Assembly: GCA_963667665.2 (NCBI GenBank)
Contig: OY763927.2
Location: 704,001 to 768,000 of the forward strand
Origin: Nitrosopumilus sp.
GTDB lineage: Archaea > Thermoproteota > Nitrososphaeria > Nitrososphaerales > Nitrosopumilaceae
Length of the DNA stretch: 64,000 nucleotides
Direction: 5' to 3'
Positions 38,409 to 49,258 of this stretch are shown here, piece after piece. Position 1 is the stretch's first letter; each line of letters begins with the position of its first letter. The notes beneath the pieces are model-generated. The model was not told where the DNA came from. It did not search any database and saw nothing but the letters and a program-made list of their open reading frames with translations. A program made the translations under genes and the position numbers.

Positions 38409-39286
38409 CAACTCATCCTAAAACAGATCATTTTGTAAACATTTGATGATAGTATGGATCTAACAATAACATCTATCAAATCATTTCTATGATTCATAAA
38501 GAACTAACAGACAAACAGTGGAAATCAATTATACCACATTTACCAAAACCTGCAAGAACAGGCAGACCAAGATGTGATGATAGAACAACAATTAATGGAA
38601 TTCTATTTGTTCTAACTGTTGGATGCAGATGGGAAGAATTACCAGAAAAGTATGGTTCCAAATCAACTACACATCTACGATTACAAGACTGGCAGCAAAA
38701 AGGAGTATGGAAAAAGATTCTTTCTGGAATAATGAAATCAGCTTACAAACAAAACAAGATTAATCTGCAAAAGATATCAGTTGATTCATCATCAATTTCC
38801 AATAAAAAAGGGGCAACGTAACTGGATATGATGGTTTCAAGAAGATTCTAGGTACAAAAATACATGTTGCCGTAGATAGTAATGGATTGCCAATATCAAT
38901 TGTATGCAGTCCTGCAAATCAACATGATAGTACGAAATTTATCGATGTCATGGAATCAATTTCAGATTTTGTAGATGATTCTATGATAGAAGAGATCGTA
39001 TCAGTGTATGCAGACAAGGGCTATGATGCAAAATACATCAGGAATTATCTGAGAAATCATTCTATCAGATGCTGCATTCCATACAGGAATAATTCCAAAT
39101 TCATCGTACCAAATAACATGCAGAATAATTACAACAAGACAAGGTTTGTTGTTGAGAGATTCTTTGCATGGTTGAAGAATGGATTTCATAGAACAAGAAT
39201 CAGATATGAGAAGAACTGTGATAATTATCTTGGGTTTGTGTATTTGGCATCAATTATGATGTACTGGAGAGTTTTAGGATAAGTTG
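38409..39286 (+). mobile_element. IS5-family (IS427-group-like) element, orfA/orfB joined by programmed -1 frameshift; appears intact
   Basis: orfA 38489-38821 (LTDKQW, GRPR, GCRW..LP), slippery AAAAAAGGGG at 38804-38813, orfB to 39282 (ADKGYD, RFVVERFFAW); TIRs CAACTCATCCTAAAAC / CAACTTATCCTAAAAC. Confidence 0.9.
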
Positions 39287-39334
39287 CAATTATGTTTCTG
39301 TGGTTTTTACCGACCTTTTTTTCCTTCTCATTAT

Positions 39335-40341
39335 GCTGTGTTTCCTAACATGACTAGTTTATCTGATTAATTTCATCACTCAAGCTTTAGATCAGAACAT
39401 TTTGTATCATTCCATGAGTAGAAACTGGAAAAAATACAACAAATCATTAGTTAGACGTGGTGAAATCATGCTGTCTTTTGATGCCATAGAATCATGGACA
39501 AAAGAACTCAAAGAAATGAATCGCAGAAAAGAAGGACACCAGTATGTTTATCCTGAATCATTCATGGAAGCACTGGGATACTGCCATGCATATCTGCATA
39601 TTCCATATAGACAAACTGAAGGTCTGATAAAATCACATCTCAAATCCAAGACAGAAACACCAACATATTCTGCCATCTGGAAAAGAGTAAACAAGCTTGA
39701 CATCAAGATGAGCCCAAAGCTGGGAAAAGACATTGTCATTGCAATAGATAGTTCAGGAATCAAGGTTGCAGACAGGGATGAGTGGATGAGACAGAAATGG
39801 CAGAAAAGAAGAGGATTTCTCAAGATTCATGTGGCAGCAGATGTAAAATCAAAACAGATTACAGGTTTGGAAATTACAGATGATCATTCCCATGATTCCA
39901 AATCTTTTGTATCACTAGTTGAGCAGTCAAAGCAATTTGGAAATGTGACTAAGACACTAGCTGATGGTGCATATGACACAAAAGATAATTTTTCATATTT
40001 GTACCATGGTAACATAATTCCAGGAATCAAGACAAGAAAGAACTCATCAGTTACTACTGATTGCTATCCAAGAAGAAAGGCAGTACTGGCCCAAATGTAT
40101 AATTATGATTTGCAGAAGAACAGCGTAAGCTATGGCGATAGGTGGATCGTAGAAGGAGTGTTTTCTGCATTCAAAAGAATGTTTGGAGAGCATGTCACAT
40201 CACACAAAAGAGAAAACATGATTCATGAGTTGAAAATGAAGGTCTGTCTGTACAATAAAATGATTGCAATGCAATAGAAAAATCAAATGAATTCAAACAA
40301 TTAGAGAATGTTAATGATTAGTTGGGGTTAGGAAACAAAGC
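39335..40341 (+). mobile_element. IS5-family (IS903-group-like) element, transposase 39402-40277
   Basis: NWKKYNKSLVRRG, YRQTEG, IAIDSSGIK, ADGAYD, RWIVEGVFS; TIRs GCTGTGTTTCCTAAC / GCTTTGTTTCCTAAC; no TSD seen. Confidence 0.9.
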
Positions 40342-40504
40342 AAAGTACGGCAAAAGGTGGCGGATGAAGATTGTGTTCCTTGCATTCAAGCGGATGTTAG
40401 ACGAACACCTGTACTCGCTAAAGTGGAAGAACTTGGTGCAGAAAGTCAGAATCAAGGTGGTCACGTACAACAGGCTGATAGACATAGGAACAAGAGCGGT
40501 GTAG
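40342..40504 (+). pseudogene. C-terminal remnant of a second, diverged IS903-group transposase
   Basis: KYGKRWRMKIVFLAFKRMLDEHL...YNRLI parallels YGDRWIVEGVFSAFKRMFGEHV...YNKMI; visibly higher GC. Confidence 0.75.
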
Positions 40505-40599
40505 TGCAAAACATGCAAGACCCATATATGTTCCAAGTGAGCAAGTTCCAAACTCATGATATTTGTCCTAGTTTGAAACTGTATATTATGAGTGATATA

Positions 40600-42669
40600 T
40601 CATACAAGGTTTGCAAAAAATGAATGCAACATTTTACCCAATATTGAAAACCATGAATCTTCAGATTTAGGATCCGCTGTTGGCTCTGCAATCACTTTGC
40701 AAATTCCATCAACTGTCTCAGTTCCAGGACCACATGTTGGCACTGCAATCACTTTGCAAATTCCATCAACTGTCTCAGTTCCAGGACCACATGTTGGCAC
40801 TGCAATCACTTTGCAAATTCCATCAACTGTCTCAGTTCCAGGACCACATGTTGGCACTGCAATCACTTTGCAAATTCCATCAACTGTCTCAGTTCCAGGA
40901 CCACATGTTGGCACTGAATCTGGTATTGGTTTAGGATCCGCTGTTGGCTCTGCAAGGACAGATGGTGATGAATAAACAGCAGTGTCAAATGATTTGTCAG
41001 CAGGCTGATTTAAGGTCTCGGAGCACAAAACACCACCGCAAACCCTAGAGTCTAAAGTATTGCCAGAACCTCCCCCTCCGGAAGATCTTGTTTTAGTAGA
41101 TTCAGAGGTTACTCCGGAAGATCTTGTTTTAGTAGATTCAGAGGTTACTGCGTCAGCTGCAATGGCATTGTTTATTTGATCATTTTGTTGAGAATCTGGA
41201 TGACATGTATTGTTTGTTTGTGTGTATGTGTTTGTACTCTGTGGATCAAGGATGTCATTTAGCAGTTTTGCCCTAGTACAGTCGGGGATATCATTTAACG
41301 TATTTTCCAAGAATGTTCCCAATTCAGGACTATCACTTCTATACCCAATACGTAACCCGTCATCGTTATCACTACCCACATACTCGAAGGAGTTTGATTG
41401 TACCACCTTTATCCCCAAAGTTGACGCATAGTATGAGCTAACAACAATATCAGATATAAACACATCAGCCTCGTTATTTGCCAAAGCCTTTATTGCTTCT
41501 AAATGATTGGAATATTCTGTGTAAGACACATCTGAAAAATACTCGTCAAGTATTGTGTGGTGTGAATAAGCATTAATTATTGCTACCCTATGCTCTGCTA
41601 GGTTTTCAGATGTAATATCTTTATGACCAATCGTTACAAAAACATCTTCGTCCAAAAACAGGATGGGGCTTGTAAATCTCATAAAGTTAGAACGTTCAGG
41701 TATATCCGATACCCAAAACATGACATCTGCGTCTCTGTTTTTAACAGCATTTAATGCAGCGTCAAAATCACCTGGAACAACTGTGACAAATTCGGCACCT
41801 GTAAGAGATTCAAATCTTTCAATGTATTTTCCAGTAAGGCCGCCCACATCATTGTTATCCTTATACACTTCAAAAGGCTCCCAACTCGGATCTAATGCTA
41901 CGCGGATAGGGTCGTTAATGTCAAATGGTACTGGTTGTTCCTTAAGGGAATAATCATCACCATATATTGTTCCATTGTATACCTGTATGTCAATATCATC
42001 AGAAAAGATATCTCCAGATGAATCCCTTACAATTAGACCAATAACAAAAGTATCAGTTGTTTTGGCATTAAGAGGAATTGTATGTGTTGGACCTGTAAGA
42101 ATTGGCGGAATTACTGTATGTTGTATATCGGTATTTTGTATACTCCAACGATATGACAAACCAGCATTATCGTCATAGCCATGACTTGTTGCATCCAAAA
42201 CAACTGTAATTGACTGATCCCAAATTGAACTATACTGTAAATCATCTCTGATTTGAGTGGTGCTCAAATATGCCTTTAATTCATCATAGCTTGCATATTT
42301 TGAAATTATAATGTCTCTACCTGCACTTAAAACAATTTTTTTCTTGTCAAAGAAAAAAGTATCATCACCTACAACAGTAGCATAAGAGGGAGAATATCCT
42401 TGTATTTCAATACCAAGTAAATCGCTACTTGCCTGTATAATTAACGATGTTTGATCAGCAGTAAGAATTTGTGTTGTAATGGATTTTAAGACGTACGAAT
42501 TTGCTTGTGGTTGATCTAGTATCACAAAGAAATCATCTTCTCCTGTGGGATGTGTTGCATACACAAAGTATAATGGCACACACAACATGAGCATCAGAGG
42601 TATGATTAGAAGGTTGTTTGTATAATTGAAGGTCAAATCAATCATCTGTACATATTGTTTGATAAGCAA
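40600..42669 (-). CDS. Secreted multidomain protein: PKD-like + family-3 (PBP2) solute-binding domain + CGPGT repeats
   Basis: VLDATS...LSYRWS; IRVALDPSWEPFE, KNRDADV, PERSNFMRFTSP, LANNEADVFI; VCGGVLCSE; 4x PTCGPGTETVDGICKVIA; amphipathic C-terminus. Confidence 0.8.
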   Translation of the reverse strand: MLIKQYVQMIDLTFNYTNNLLIIPLMLMLCVPLYFVYATHPTGEDDFFVILDQPQANSYVLKSITTQILTADQTSLIIQASSDLLGIEIQGYSPSYATVVGDDTFFFDKKKIVLSAGRDIIISKYASYDELKAYLSTTQIRDDLQYSSIWDQSITVVLDATSHGYDDNAGLSYRWSIQNTDIQHTVIPPILTGPTHTIPLNAKTTDTFVIGLIVRDSSGDIFSDDIDIQVYNGTIYGDDYSLKEQPVPFDINDPIRVALDPSWEPFEVYKDNNDVGGLTGKYIERFESLTGAEFVTVVPGDFDAALNAVKNRDADVMFWVSDIPERSNFMRFTSPILFLDEDVFVTIGHKDITSENLAEHRVAIINAYSHHTILDEYFSDVSYTEYSNHLEAIKALANNEADVFISDIVVSSYYASTLGIKVVQSNSFEYVGSDNDDGLRIGYRSDSPELGTFLENTLNDIPDCTRAKLLNDILDPQSTNTYTQTNNTCHPDSQQNDQINNAIAADAVTSESTKTRSSGVTSESTKTRSSGGGGSGNTLDSRVCGGVLCSETLNQPADKSFDTAVYSSPSVLAEPTADPKPIPDSVPTCGPGTETVDGICKVIAVPTCGPGTETVDGICKVIAVPTCGPGTETVDGICKVIAVPTCGPGTETVDGICKVIAEPTADPKSEDSWFSILGKMLHSFFANLV
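40686..40916 (-). repeat. Perfect 57-bp coding tandem repeat x4
   Basis: Encodes VPTCGPGTETVDGICKVIA; bracketed by a 26-bp direct repeat at 40666-40691 and 40930-40955 (AEPTADPK). Confidence 0.95.
41076..41149 (-). repeat. 36-bp tandem duplication
   Basis: Encodes VTSESTKTRSSG x2. Confidence 0.9.
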
Positions 42670-45600
42670 TATTCTGAGAGACTAGAGATCCTGGAGATAA
42701 CAGAGATTCAGCATGCTTAAAGTTCATCCTAAAAGATACCGTGATATCATCACCTGGTGCCAAGTTTGTTGTCAACTCTTTTTTGGCATTTAGCAGCTCA
42801 AAGGTATTATCCATTTGTACTTCAATTAGAGGGGAATAGGTTAAGAGACCATCAGAGTTTGATGGGAATACGTTAAGGCTTTCTATTGTTTTAAAACCAG
42901 TATTTGTGATGGTTTGCTGTTTTACACCAGTCAGTAAGGAATAGGCATTAGCCTTGCCAAAATTCAAAGAGGGGTATTCCAGTGATATGTTACAAGATGT
43001 ATCAGTGGCTTCAAATCCTCTATCTGCAAAATATGTGCCAACTCTCTCCCAACCTGTTTGGAATATTCCATATATGGCATAATTAGCTACGGCCAAGTCG
43101 CCATATTCATCAAGGAATACATTACCTAACGCTCCCTGATTTTTCTGCACAGCAGCGGGAATGCTACTTGCAACCTCTTCAAAAGAAGCATTCAAACCTG
43201 CCACATCCCTTGCAAGGCCTATTGCCCATATAGTATCATAAGAAGAATATGCGTAGACGCTAGGTGTCTCACCGGGGAATTTATACTCTAGATTGTTGCG
43301 CAAATCAACATATTTTGTAGATGTGTAGTCTGCATCAAATATGCGTGATGTAAAATTAACATCAACTAGGAAATCCTTTATCTCCGGATCATCAACAAGA
43401 CTAGAGCTGAGTACTTGTGCATCAGAGCCTACCCAAGATACAGTACGTAAAACAGGATACTTTAGTGATTCTTGTACAATGAGATCCAACTCAAAGCCAA
43501 CATACAAAATTGCAATCTCATCAGCGTCGTAAGGTGATGTACTAACAGCATCAGCTAGTTCACGTACCAAACCTTGGAGCTGACCATCACAGGTAATATC
43601 GGATTTGTCAGTACAGGAAGCATATGTTCTAGGGGCAGTATCAACTGTACCGCCAAGTGATTTAAATTCATTGCCAGTTGAAGTTGTTAACCCGAGGCCA
43701 AATGTATCATCAATGTGTAATGGGATCAATTGTCTTTTGCCATCATTATATATTAAATTGGCAATGACAATGCCGTGTTTGTCATCGCTTGCAGCTAGCC
43801 TGAATATGTTGTCAATCTCTTTGAGGGATGGAGCAGTAGAGCAACAGCTAACCAAGGACAAGTTTGCACCCTCAGATTCAATGAGGTCAGTCTTTATCTT
43901 TGTTAATCCAGATGATATTGATGGACCAGAGATAAAAGAGATGCCGTTTTCATAAAGTGTTCTAGCCGCAGCTAGAGACGCAGTAGGATTAACCTGGGAA
44001 TCCATAATATCTACGGATAGTCGCCAGTCTGCATTATTTTCTATCAGATATCCATTAAAGTCAGATACTGCTACAATGGTAGCATATTTTCTGTGGGCGC
44101 CAGCATTATCTTGCCTACCAGACTCTGGAACTATGGCACCAATATCAATTATGGTCTTGTCTGTTCTCTCCCAAATTGGATCTTGGTTATCGTTAGTTAC
44201 TATACTAAATGTGTGATAACTGTTAGGGGTATGTAAATCACCAACACTATCTAGAACATATTGTCCTAATGCGCCATTGTATGAATTTTCAGTATCATCC
44301 AAATGATCCTTTATGGACGTATAGTCCTCCGCATATTCAATTCCCAGGTTACCTAAAAGTGAGACTGTATCATATACAGGGTCGTGATATGAATGGTAAT
44401 TTACACCAAGTGAGGATAAGTTGTCTTTTAATTCCAGTGATATTATATTTGGCTCTATACCAAACGCAATAGAAGTAAAGTTTACTTGGTTAGCAAATTC
44501 AGATGCAGTCAAATGGTTTGGTATGGTGGAGTCACTTACAATGCCACCAGGTGTATACCATTCAATATCACGCAATATACTATTTGGATTAATATCAATA
44601 GACAAATTAATAAAATTAGAACTGCCACCAATGAGTAATACTGCTATATTTTTGGAATTAACGCCTTCATCAGATATCGTACTAACAGAAGATTCTAAAC
44701 TAGTTACCATGTCGGTATAAACTGTATCAGCAGTAATTACATGGATATTGGCATCAGGGACAGCAGGTCTAAAAGAGTCCGCATAGTTTCTGCCCCATTC
44801 ATCATTAAAATATACAATTATAAGGGATGTTTTTTCATCACGTGATAAAAGATCTATTAATGCTCGTTTTTCATGTTCCAGAGTTGGTTGCAGTCTGTAT
44901 ATGTTATCCTCTACGGCAAGTGATGTAGCAGTAGATGTAGGGGAGATTAAAATAGAATCAGTAGAGTCAAAAAAGGGCTTTGCATATATAATTGATTGGC
45001 TGACAGTAAGTCCTAGAAAATATTTCGTCTTTTCATCAATAATATATGCAGAAGCAAAAACCAAATCATCATGTAAGACAAACCATGCCCTTCTAGTCTG
45101 CTCTAGACCAGTTGCAGGATCTTCAAGTGTGTAACTTACCCAAGTGCCACCAGATTGCAAATCAGATAGAATCACTTCAGGGTGCCTGTCAGGTATACCA
45201 ATAGATAAAGAATTAACACCGATTCTAGAAGAGTCTTGGGCGTGTGCAACTATATCATAAGTGACAGAATCAATTACAAATGGATAAAACAAGTCAGTGG
45301 CTGGATCAAACGTACCGTCAATTCCTGCAAACTTGTCACCAATAGAGATACTATCATATGCGGTAATTGCTTCGTTAATTACTGCCTCTAAGTATGGCTT
45401 GTGACCATCATCTCCAATGGGAGGGTTGTAACCTGCACCAACAAGATATCCGGATTCCGCATGATACACTATCAAAGAACGTTTTATACCACTGCTGTCA
45501 GTTGCGACATTCTCAAACTCATACTGCCACCACATCTCACTAGGAGCAGTACTAGAAGTAAATCTATCATATACAAAAGAGAAATCCATGTCAGGATTAG

Positions 45601-47317
45601 TTATAACCAAATCAGCAGATGTTCCAACCAAACTAGGAACAGTGCCATGAGCTATAATCACACCTTTACTGTCTACAACAAATGGATAAGGGTCTTGTGT
45701 ATAAGTGCCATCTATTGAAAATCCATTTGTAGTAGTGTACCCATTGATGGCCTTTTCAATTTCAACTTTTAATGAGGAATAGTAATAGTCATCATATGTG
45801 CCATAGTATAGTGTATTTAATGCTGAAAAAGGTCCATTACTTGTGTTTATGGTGTGAAGGGATATGCTGTTATTATCATGATCATTATTAAAATCCTGAT
45901 TGGCTAGAGCCATAGTTACTGCAAAGTCATCATCATAAAACAGAATATTATCCAAGCTAAGCAATACACCGACATTTATGATATTTGTAGGATCATCATA
46001 TGTTACAATCAAACTGCCATCTGCATAATATGTAGCAATTCGCACCCAAGCACCATCCTCTATACCATATACTCCAAAGTCAGCAGTATCCAAATCGCCA
46101 TATTCATCTAGTGTGACATCACCTAGTGTGCCATCATCATTATTATTTATGGCAGTAACAAGATCCACATCATCATAGGTATAGCCGGAACCACCAGCTG
46201 ATTCTATTGCCAAGCCTATTGCCCATATACTGTCATATGCGGAATATACGTACTTTAATGGAGTCATACCAGGATATTGCTTATTCAACGCTGTTTGTAA
46301 TGATGTAAATCTTGCAGTGTCTGATTCAAACTCAAAGGTGTATGTTCTAAAGTTTGTATCAGATAAAAAGTCGGCAATATTTTTGTTATCTACAAGCTCT
46401 GGTTTTTGCACATCTGCATCAGAGCCTACCCATTGCACTAACCTGAGAGCAGGATACTTTGCAGATTGAGCTATAAAGGTAGGTGAGTCAAATCCTACAT
46501 AAAGAACAAAGATTCTGTCAGCGCCGTTTTGTTTGATTTGTTCTAATACAATATCATTTAGATCAGAGGCAATATCTGTGAATTGCCCATCACATGTAAT
46601 ATTGCCATTTCCAGGTTCATCAGCATTTTTATCTGTGCAATCTTTATAGGTCAATATGCCGCTACCTTTTTTATACGTTGCATCACTGTCAGACAGGGTT
46701 TGATATATTGCAGTACCTCCTAGTTTGGTAAACGTATCAGCAGTACTAGCAGATAAGCCGCGACCAAAAGGATCATCAACATATACAGGGATTACAACTG
46801 TCTTGCCTTCACCATACATTAGGTTTGCAATGACTGGTCCATGCTTTGCATCACTTGGAACCAAACGATAAATGAAATCAGGTAGAGCAAGGTCAGGTGC
46901 AGTAGAAGAATAACTGACTAGAGATAAATCTATAGTAGGATTTGCAGCAAGATATGTCTTTATTGCATCAAGAGAAGAGGAACGCGCAGGTCCGGAGATA
47001 AACTCTACGTTACCAGTTATGAGAGATTCTGTTTGTTCTAATGATGTGTCAGTATCAGATGCTGTATCTCTAATGTCTACCGCAAGACGCCAGTCTGCAT
47101 TCTTGTCAAAGAGATATTTGTTAAAATCATCTAGTGCCTGTTCTATTGCAAATTTTGCATGTACCCCAAAGAATCCAAGTGAGCCGGTTTCTGGAACCAA
47201 AGCCCCTATGAGTACCTCGTCCTGCTGCGCAGCAGCTGGATGCACAAAGGCCATACAAATTAAAACTAACATAGATGATATGAGGATAATATTCTTAGTC
47301 AACTGTGTTTTTGGCAT
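42638..47317 (-). CDS. Giant secreted protein: three LivJ-like type-I solute-binding domains, two Cache-like domains inserted in the second, C-terminal Ig-like domain
   Basis: IGALVPETG / VGVLLSLDN / IGAIVPESG starts; STAPxL...IYRL; Y.YD..W; G.LG.V.LDEYGD x3; Cache-like YPFVVD...AHG..PSLVG, WWQYEFEN, WVSYTLEDPATG. Confidence 0.85.
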   Translation of the reverse strand: MPKTQLTKNIILISSMLVLICMAFVHPAAAQQDEVLIGALVPETGSLGFFGVHAKFAIEQALDDFNKYLFDKNADWRLAVDIRDTASDTDTSLEQTESLITGNVEFISGPARSSSLDAIKTYLAANPTIDLSLVSYSSTAPDLALPDFIYRLVPSDAKHGPVIANLMYGEGKTVVIPVYVDDPFGRGLSASTADTFTKLGGTAIYQTLSDSDATYKKGSGILTYKDCTDKNADEPGNGNITCDGQFTDIASDLNDIVLEQIKQNGADRIFVLYVGFDSPTFIAQSAKYPALRLVQWVGSDADVQKPELVDNKNIADFLSDTNFRTYTFEFESDTARFTSLQTALNKQYPGMTPLKYVYSAYDSIWAIGLAIESAGGSGYTYDDVDLVTAINNNDDGTLGDVTLDEYGDLDTADFGVYGIEDGAWVRIATYYADGSLIVTYDDPTNIINVGVLLSLDNILFYDDDFAVTMALANQDFNNDHDNNSISLHTINTSNGPFSALNTLYYGTYDDYYYSSLKVEIEKAINGYTTTNGFSIDGTYTQDPYPFVVDSKGVIIAHGTVPSLVGTSADLVITNPDMDFSFVYDRFTSSTAPSEMWWQYEFENVATDSSGIKRSLIVYHAESGYLVGAGYNPPIGDDGHKPYLEAVINEAITAYDSISIGDKFAGIDGTFDPATDLFYPFVIDSVTYDIVAHAQDSSRIGVNSLSIGIPDRHPEVILSDLQSGGTWVSYTLEDPATGLEQTRRAWFVLHDDLVFASAYIIDEKTKYFLGLTVSQSIIYAKPFFDSTDSILISPTSTATSLAVEDNIYRLQPTLEHEKRALIDLLSRDEKTSLIIVYFNDEWGRNYADSFRPAVPDANIHVITADTVYTDMVTSLESSVSTISDEGVNSKNIAVLLIGGSSNFINLSIDINPNSILRDIEWYTPGGIVSDSTIPNHLTASEFANQVNFTSIAFGIEPNIISLELKDNLSSLGVNYHSYHDPVYDTVSLLGNLGIEYAEDYTSIKDHLDDTENSYNGALGQYVLDSVGDLHTPNSYHTFSIVTNDNQDPIWERTDKTIIDIGAIVPESGRQDNAGAHRKYATIVAVSDFNGYLIENNADWRLSVDIMDSQVNPTASLAAARTLYENGISFISGPSISSGLTKIKTDLIESEGANLSLVSCCSTAPSLKEIDNIFRLAASDDKHGIVIANLIYNDGKRQLIPLHIDDTFGLGLTTSTGNEFKSLGGTVDTAPRTYASCTDKSDITCDGQLQGLVRELADAVSTSPYDADEIAILYVGFELDLIVQESLKYPVLRTVSWVGSDAQVLSSSLVDDPEIKDFLVDVNFTSRIFDADYTSTKYVDLRNNLEYKFPGETPSVYAYSSYDTIWAIGLARDVAGLNASFEEVASSIPAAVQKNQGALGNVFLDEYGDLAVANYAIYGIFQTGWERVGTYFADRGFEATDTSCNISLEYPSLNFGKANAYSLLTGVKQQTITNTGFKTIESLNVFPSNSDGLLTYSPLIEVQMDNTFELLNAKKELTTNLAPGDDITVSFRMNFKHAESLLSPGSLVSQNIAYQTICTDD

Positions 47318-47418
47318 ATTGTATCAATTTAAATATTTATTTTTAAGGTTCTGTAAAGTTATAGTGATATGGAAATATGGATTTTATCCAGATTGAAAAA
47401 TCATACCTATATAGAATA

Positions 47419-47955
47419 CTAGAGTGTGGTTTGTTTTCCTTTAGGCTCTGGTTTTGATTGTGGAGCCTTAACAAAATCTTCCAAAGATGGAAGTTTTGGC
47501 ACAGTTCCGTCAAAATAATCCGATATTGAATAAATCTGTAATTTCGGATATTTTTCTCCCAACGGTGTATCGAATATTCCTGTCGTTGCAGCTGCCTCTT
47601 TCATCTTTCTTGTAGGCTCTCTAAGACAGATAAACACGCCTAGTTCTGCCTTTTCGCTGTCCATTGTTCCAACCAAATCCCTTACCATTCCCGGATTCAG
47701 ACTGTCACCATCCTTTACCGATACAATGACTTTGGCATCTATTCTTTTTCCGTCTTTGTCTTTTCCCAGTTGGATATATCCTACTCCGTCAATGCCCTTG
47801 TCTCCAACTTGTTTTCTGTTTGGCAATACATTTGGAATTAAGATGACAGCCCATGCCTCGAACTGTAATTTGTTTCGTCTTGCTAGGTCAACGGTAGATT
47901 CAAAGGAATTGGGTGTGCTGTACTGTAAAGTTAGGGTGTCATAGCAATAATTCAT
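47419..47955 (-). pseudogene. C-terminal part of a DNA methyltransferase-Mrr-like restriction endonuclease fusion
   Basis: QFEAWAV, GDKGIDG, IVSVK, MVRDLVGT, GVFICLREPTRKM, YPKLQI; no MTase motifs remain. Confidence 0.75.
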
Positions 47956-48111
47956 TAAGATATGAAGATGTAAATCATCTCAAAAAAATTCAGGTTTACA
48001 GTAGTGTTTATGACAATAATCACAAACTATTCCATTTGGTTCTTTGATACGTTCGTCACAACTTCTACAGATAGTTTTACTGTCAAAATATCTAACACTA
48101 GATTCTTTCAC
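47956..48111 (-). pseudogene. Cys-rich zinc-finger ORF remnant
   Basis: VKESSVRYFDSKTICRSCDERIKEPNGIVCDYCHKHYCKPEFF*DDLHLHIL, in frame with the 47955 ORF. Confidence 0.45.
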
Positions 48112-48119
48112 AACTAATT

Positions 48120-49256
48120 GAGACTTGGGCATAATCAATTCTAATTTTTAATCAATTTCTCAAATTATTGAAATGAAAAAAGCTAAGGATCTTTACAATA
48201 TTATTTCATTGCAACATGAATGTAAAAATCCCCAGCAATATTTTATTAGAATCATTTCTTATGGGTGTTTTGTATCTGGTTGGAACACTATCTCTGTATG
48301 AGGATGCAATTAGACGAGGACGACCATATGTCTATTCAACTGTTCTAATGGTACAGCTATACATCATAAAGTCATAGATGAGAATTCCAAGTAACAATAC
48401 ATTGCATTATTTTCTCTCCATCAAATGTACCAATGACAAACTACTCAAGGTTTGCAGATTAAATCAAATTCCTGACAGAAGAACAATTGACAGAAGATTT
48501 CAGAACCCTCCAACCTCTCAGATTGTTGGTACGATGGGAAATCTGTTTATATCTGAGAAATTAGTTGATGATACATCTGTATCAGTTGATAGTTCAATGC
48601 TAAAAGCAGATGGTCCAGTGTGGCACAAATCTGACATGAAGAATAATCGTTTACCAATTGCAGGAATTGATACAGATGCCAAGTGGGGATTCTCTAAATC
48701 AAAGGGCTGGGTATTTGGGTATAAACTGCACATGAGTTGTAGTACGGGAAGATTAATTGTTCCATTATCTGCTGATCTTACCACTGCAAATGTTCATGAC
48801 AGTAAACCATATGATAAATTGATTGATTCACTTACAGAATTAATCCAAAACATATTGTGTGATCCAGCATACGATGATGGTTCATTATACGAATCAACTA
48901 ACAATTATGCTATGAGATTAATTTGCCCAATCAAAAAGTATCCTCGTACTCCCCCAGATAGAATGAAACTAATAGAATTTTACAATTCTAAGAAGGGTCA
49001 AGAATTATACTCTCAGAGAAAGATATCAATTGAACCACTCTTTGAGATACTCAAAGACACGTTTAACATTAGAGTATTGCCAGTGAAAGGATTTGAGAAA
49101 GTGAAATCATTTGTATTGATTTGTGTTTTGGTGTATCAGTTGGCAGTTTATTACAATTGTATTGTTGGTAATGAGAATCCAAGGATTGTGAAAAGAATGT
49201 TTTGTTGTTAAAGAATCGTTTTGATTTTATTTTGTAAATCATTATGCCCAAGTCTC
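48120..49256 (+). mobile_element. IS with DDE_Tnp_1-type transposase (IS4/IS5/IS982-like), nonsense-mutated
   Basis: Perfect 16-bp TIR GAGACTTGGGCATAAT; 8-bp TSD AACTAATT (48112-48119, 49257-49264); VDSS, GYKLH, NVHD, DPAYD, RKISIEPLF; in-frame TAG at 48375-48377 cuts off the RRGRPYVYS N-terminus. Confidence 0.93.
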
Positions 49257-49258
49257 AA

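Noticed and set aside
40592-40975. Plus-strand repeat ORFs (40592-40975, 40680-40934) or a mini-CRISPR
   Set aside because: Shadows of the 57-bp coding repeat in the minus-strand gene; there are no unique spacers.
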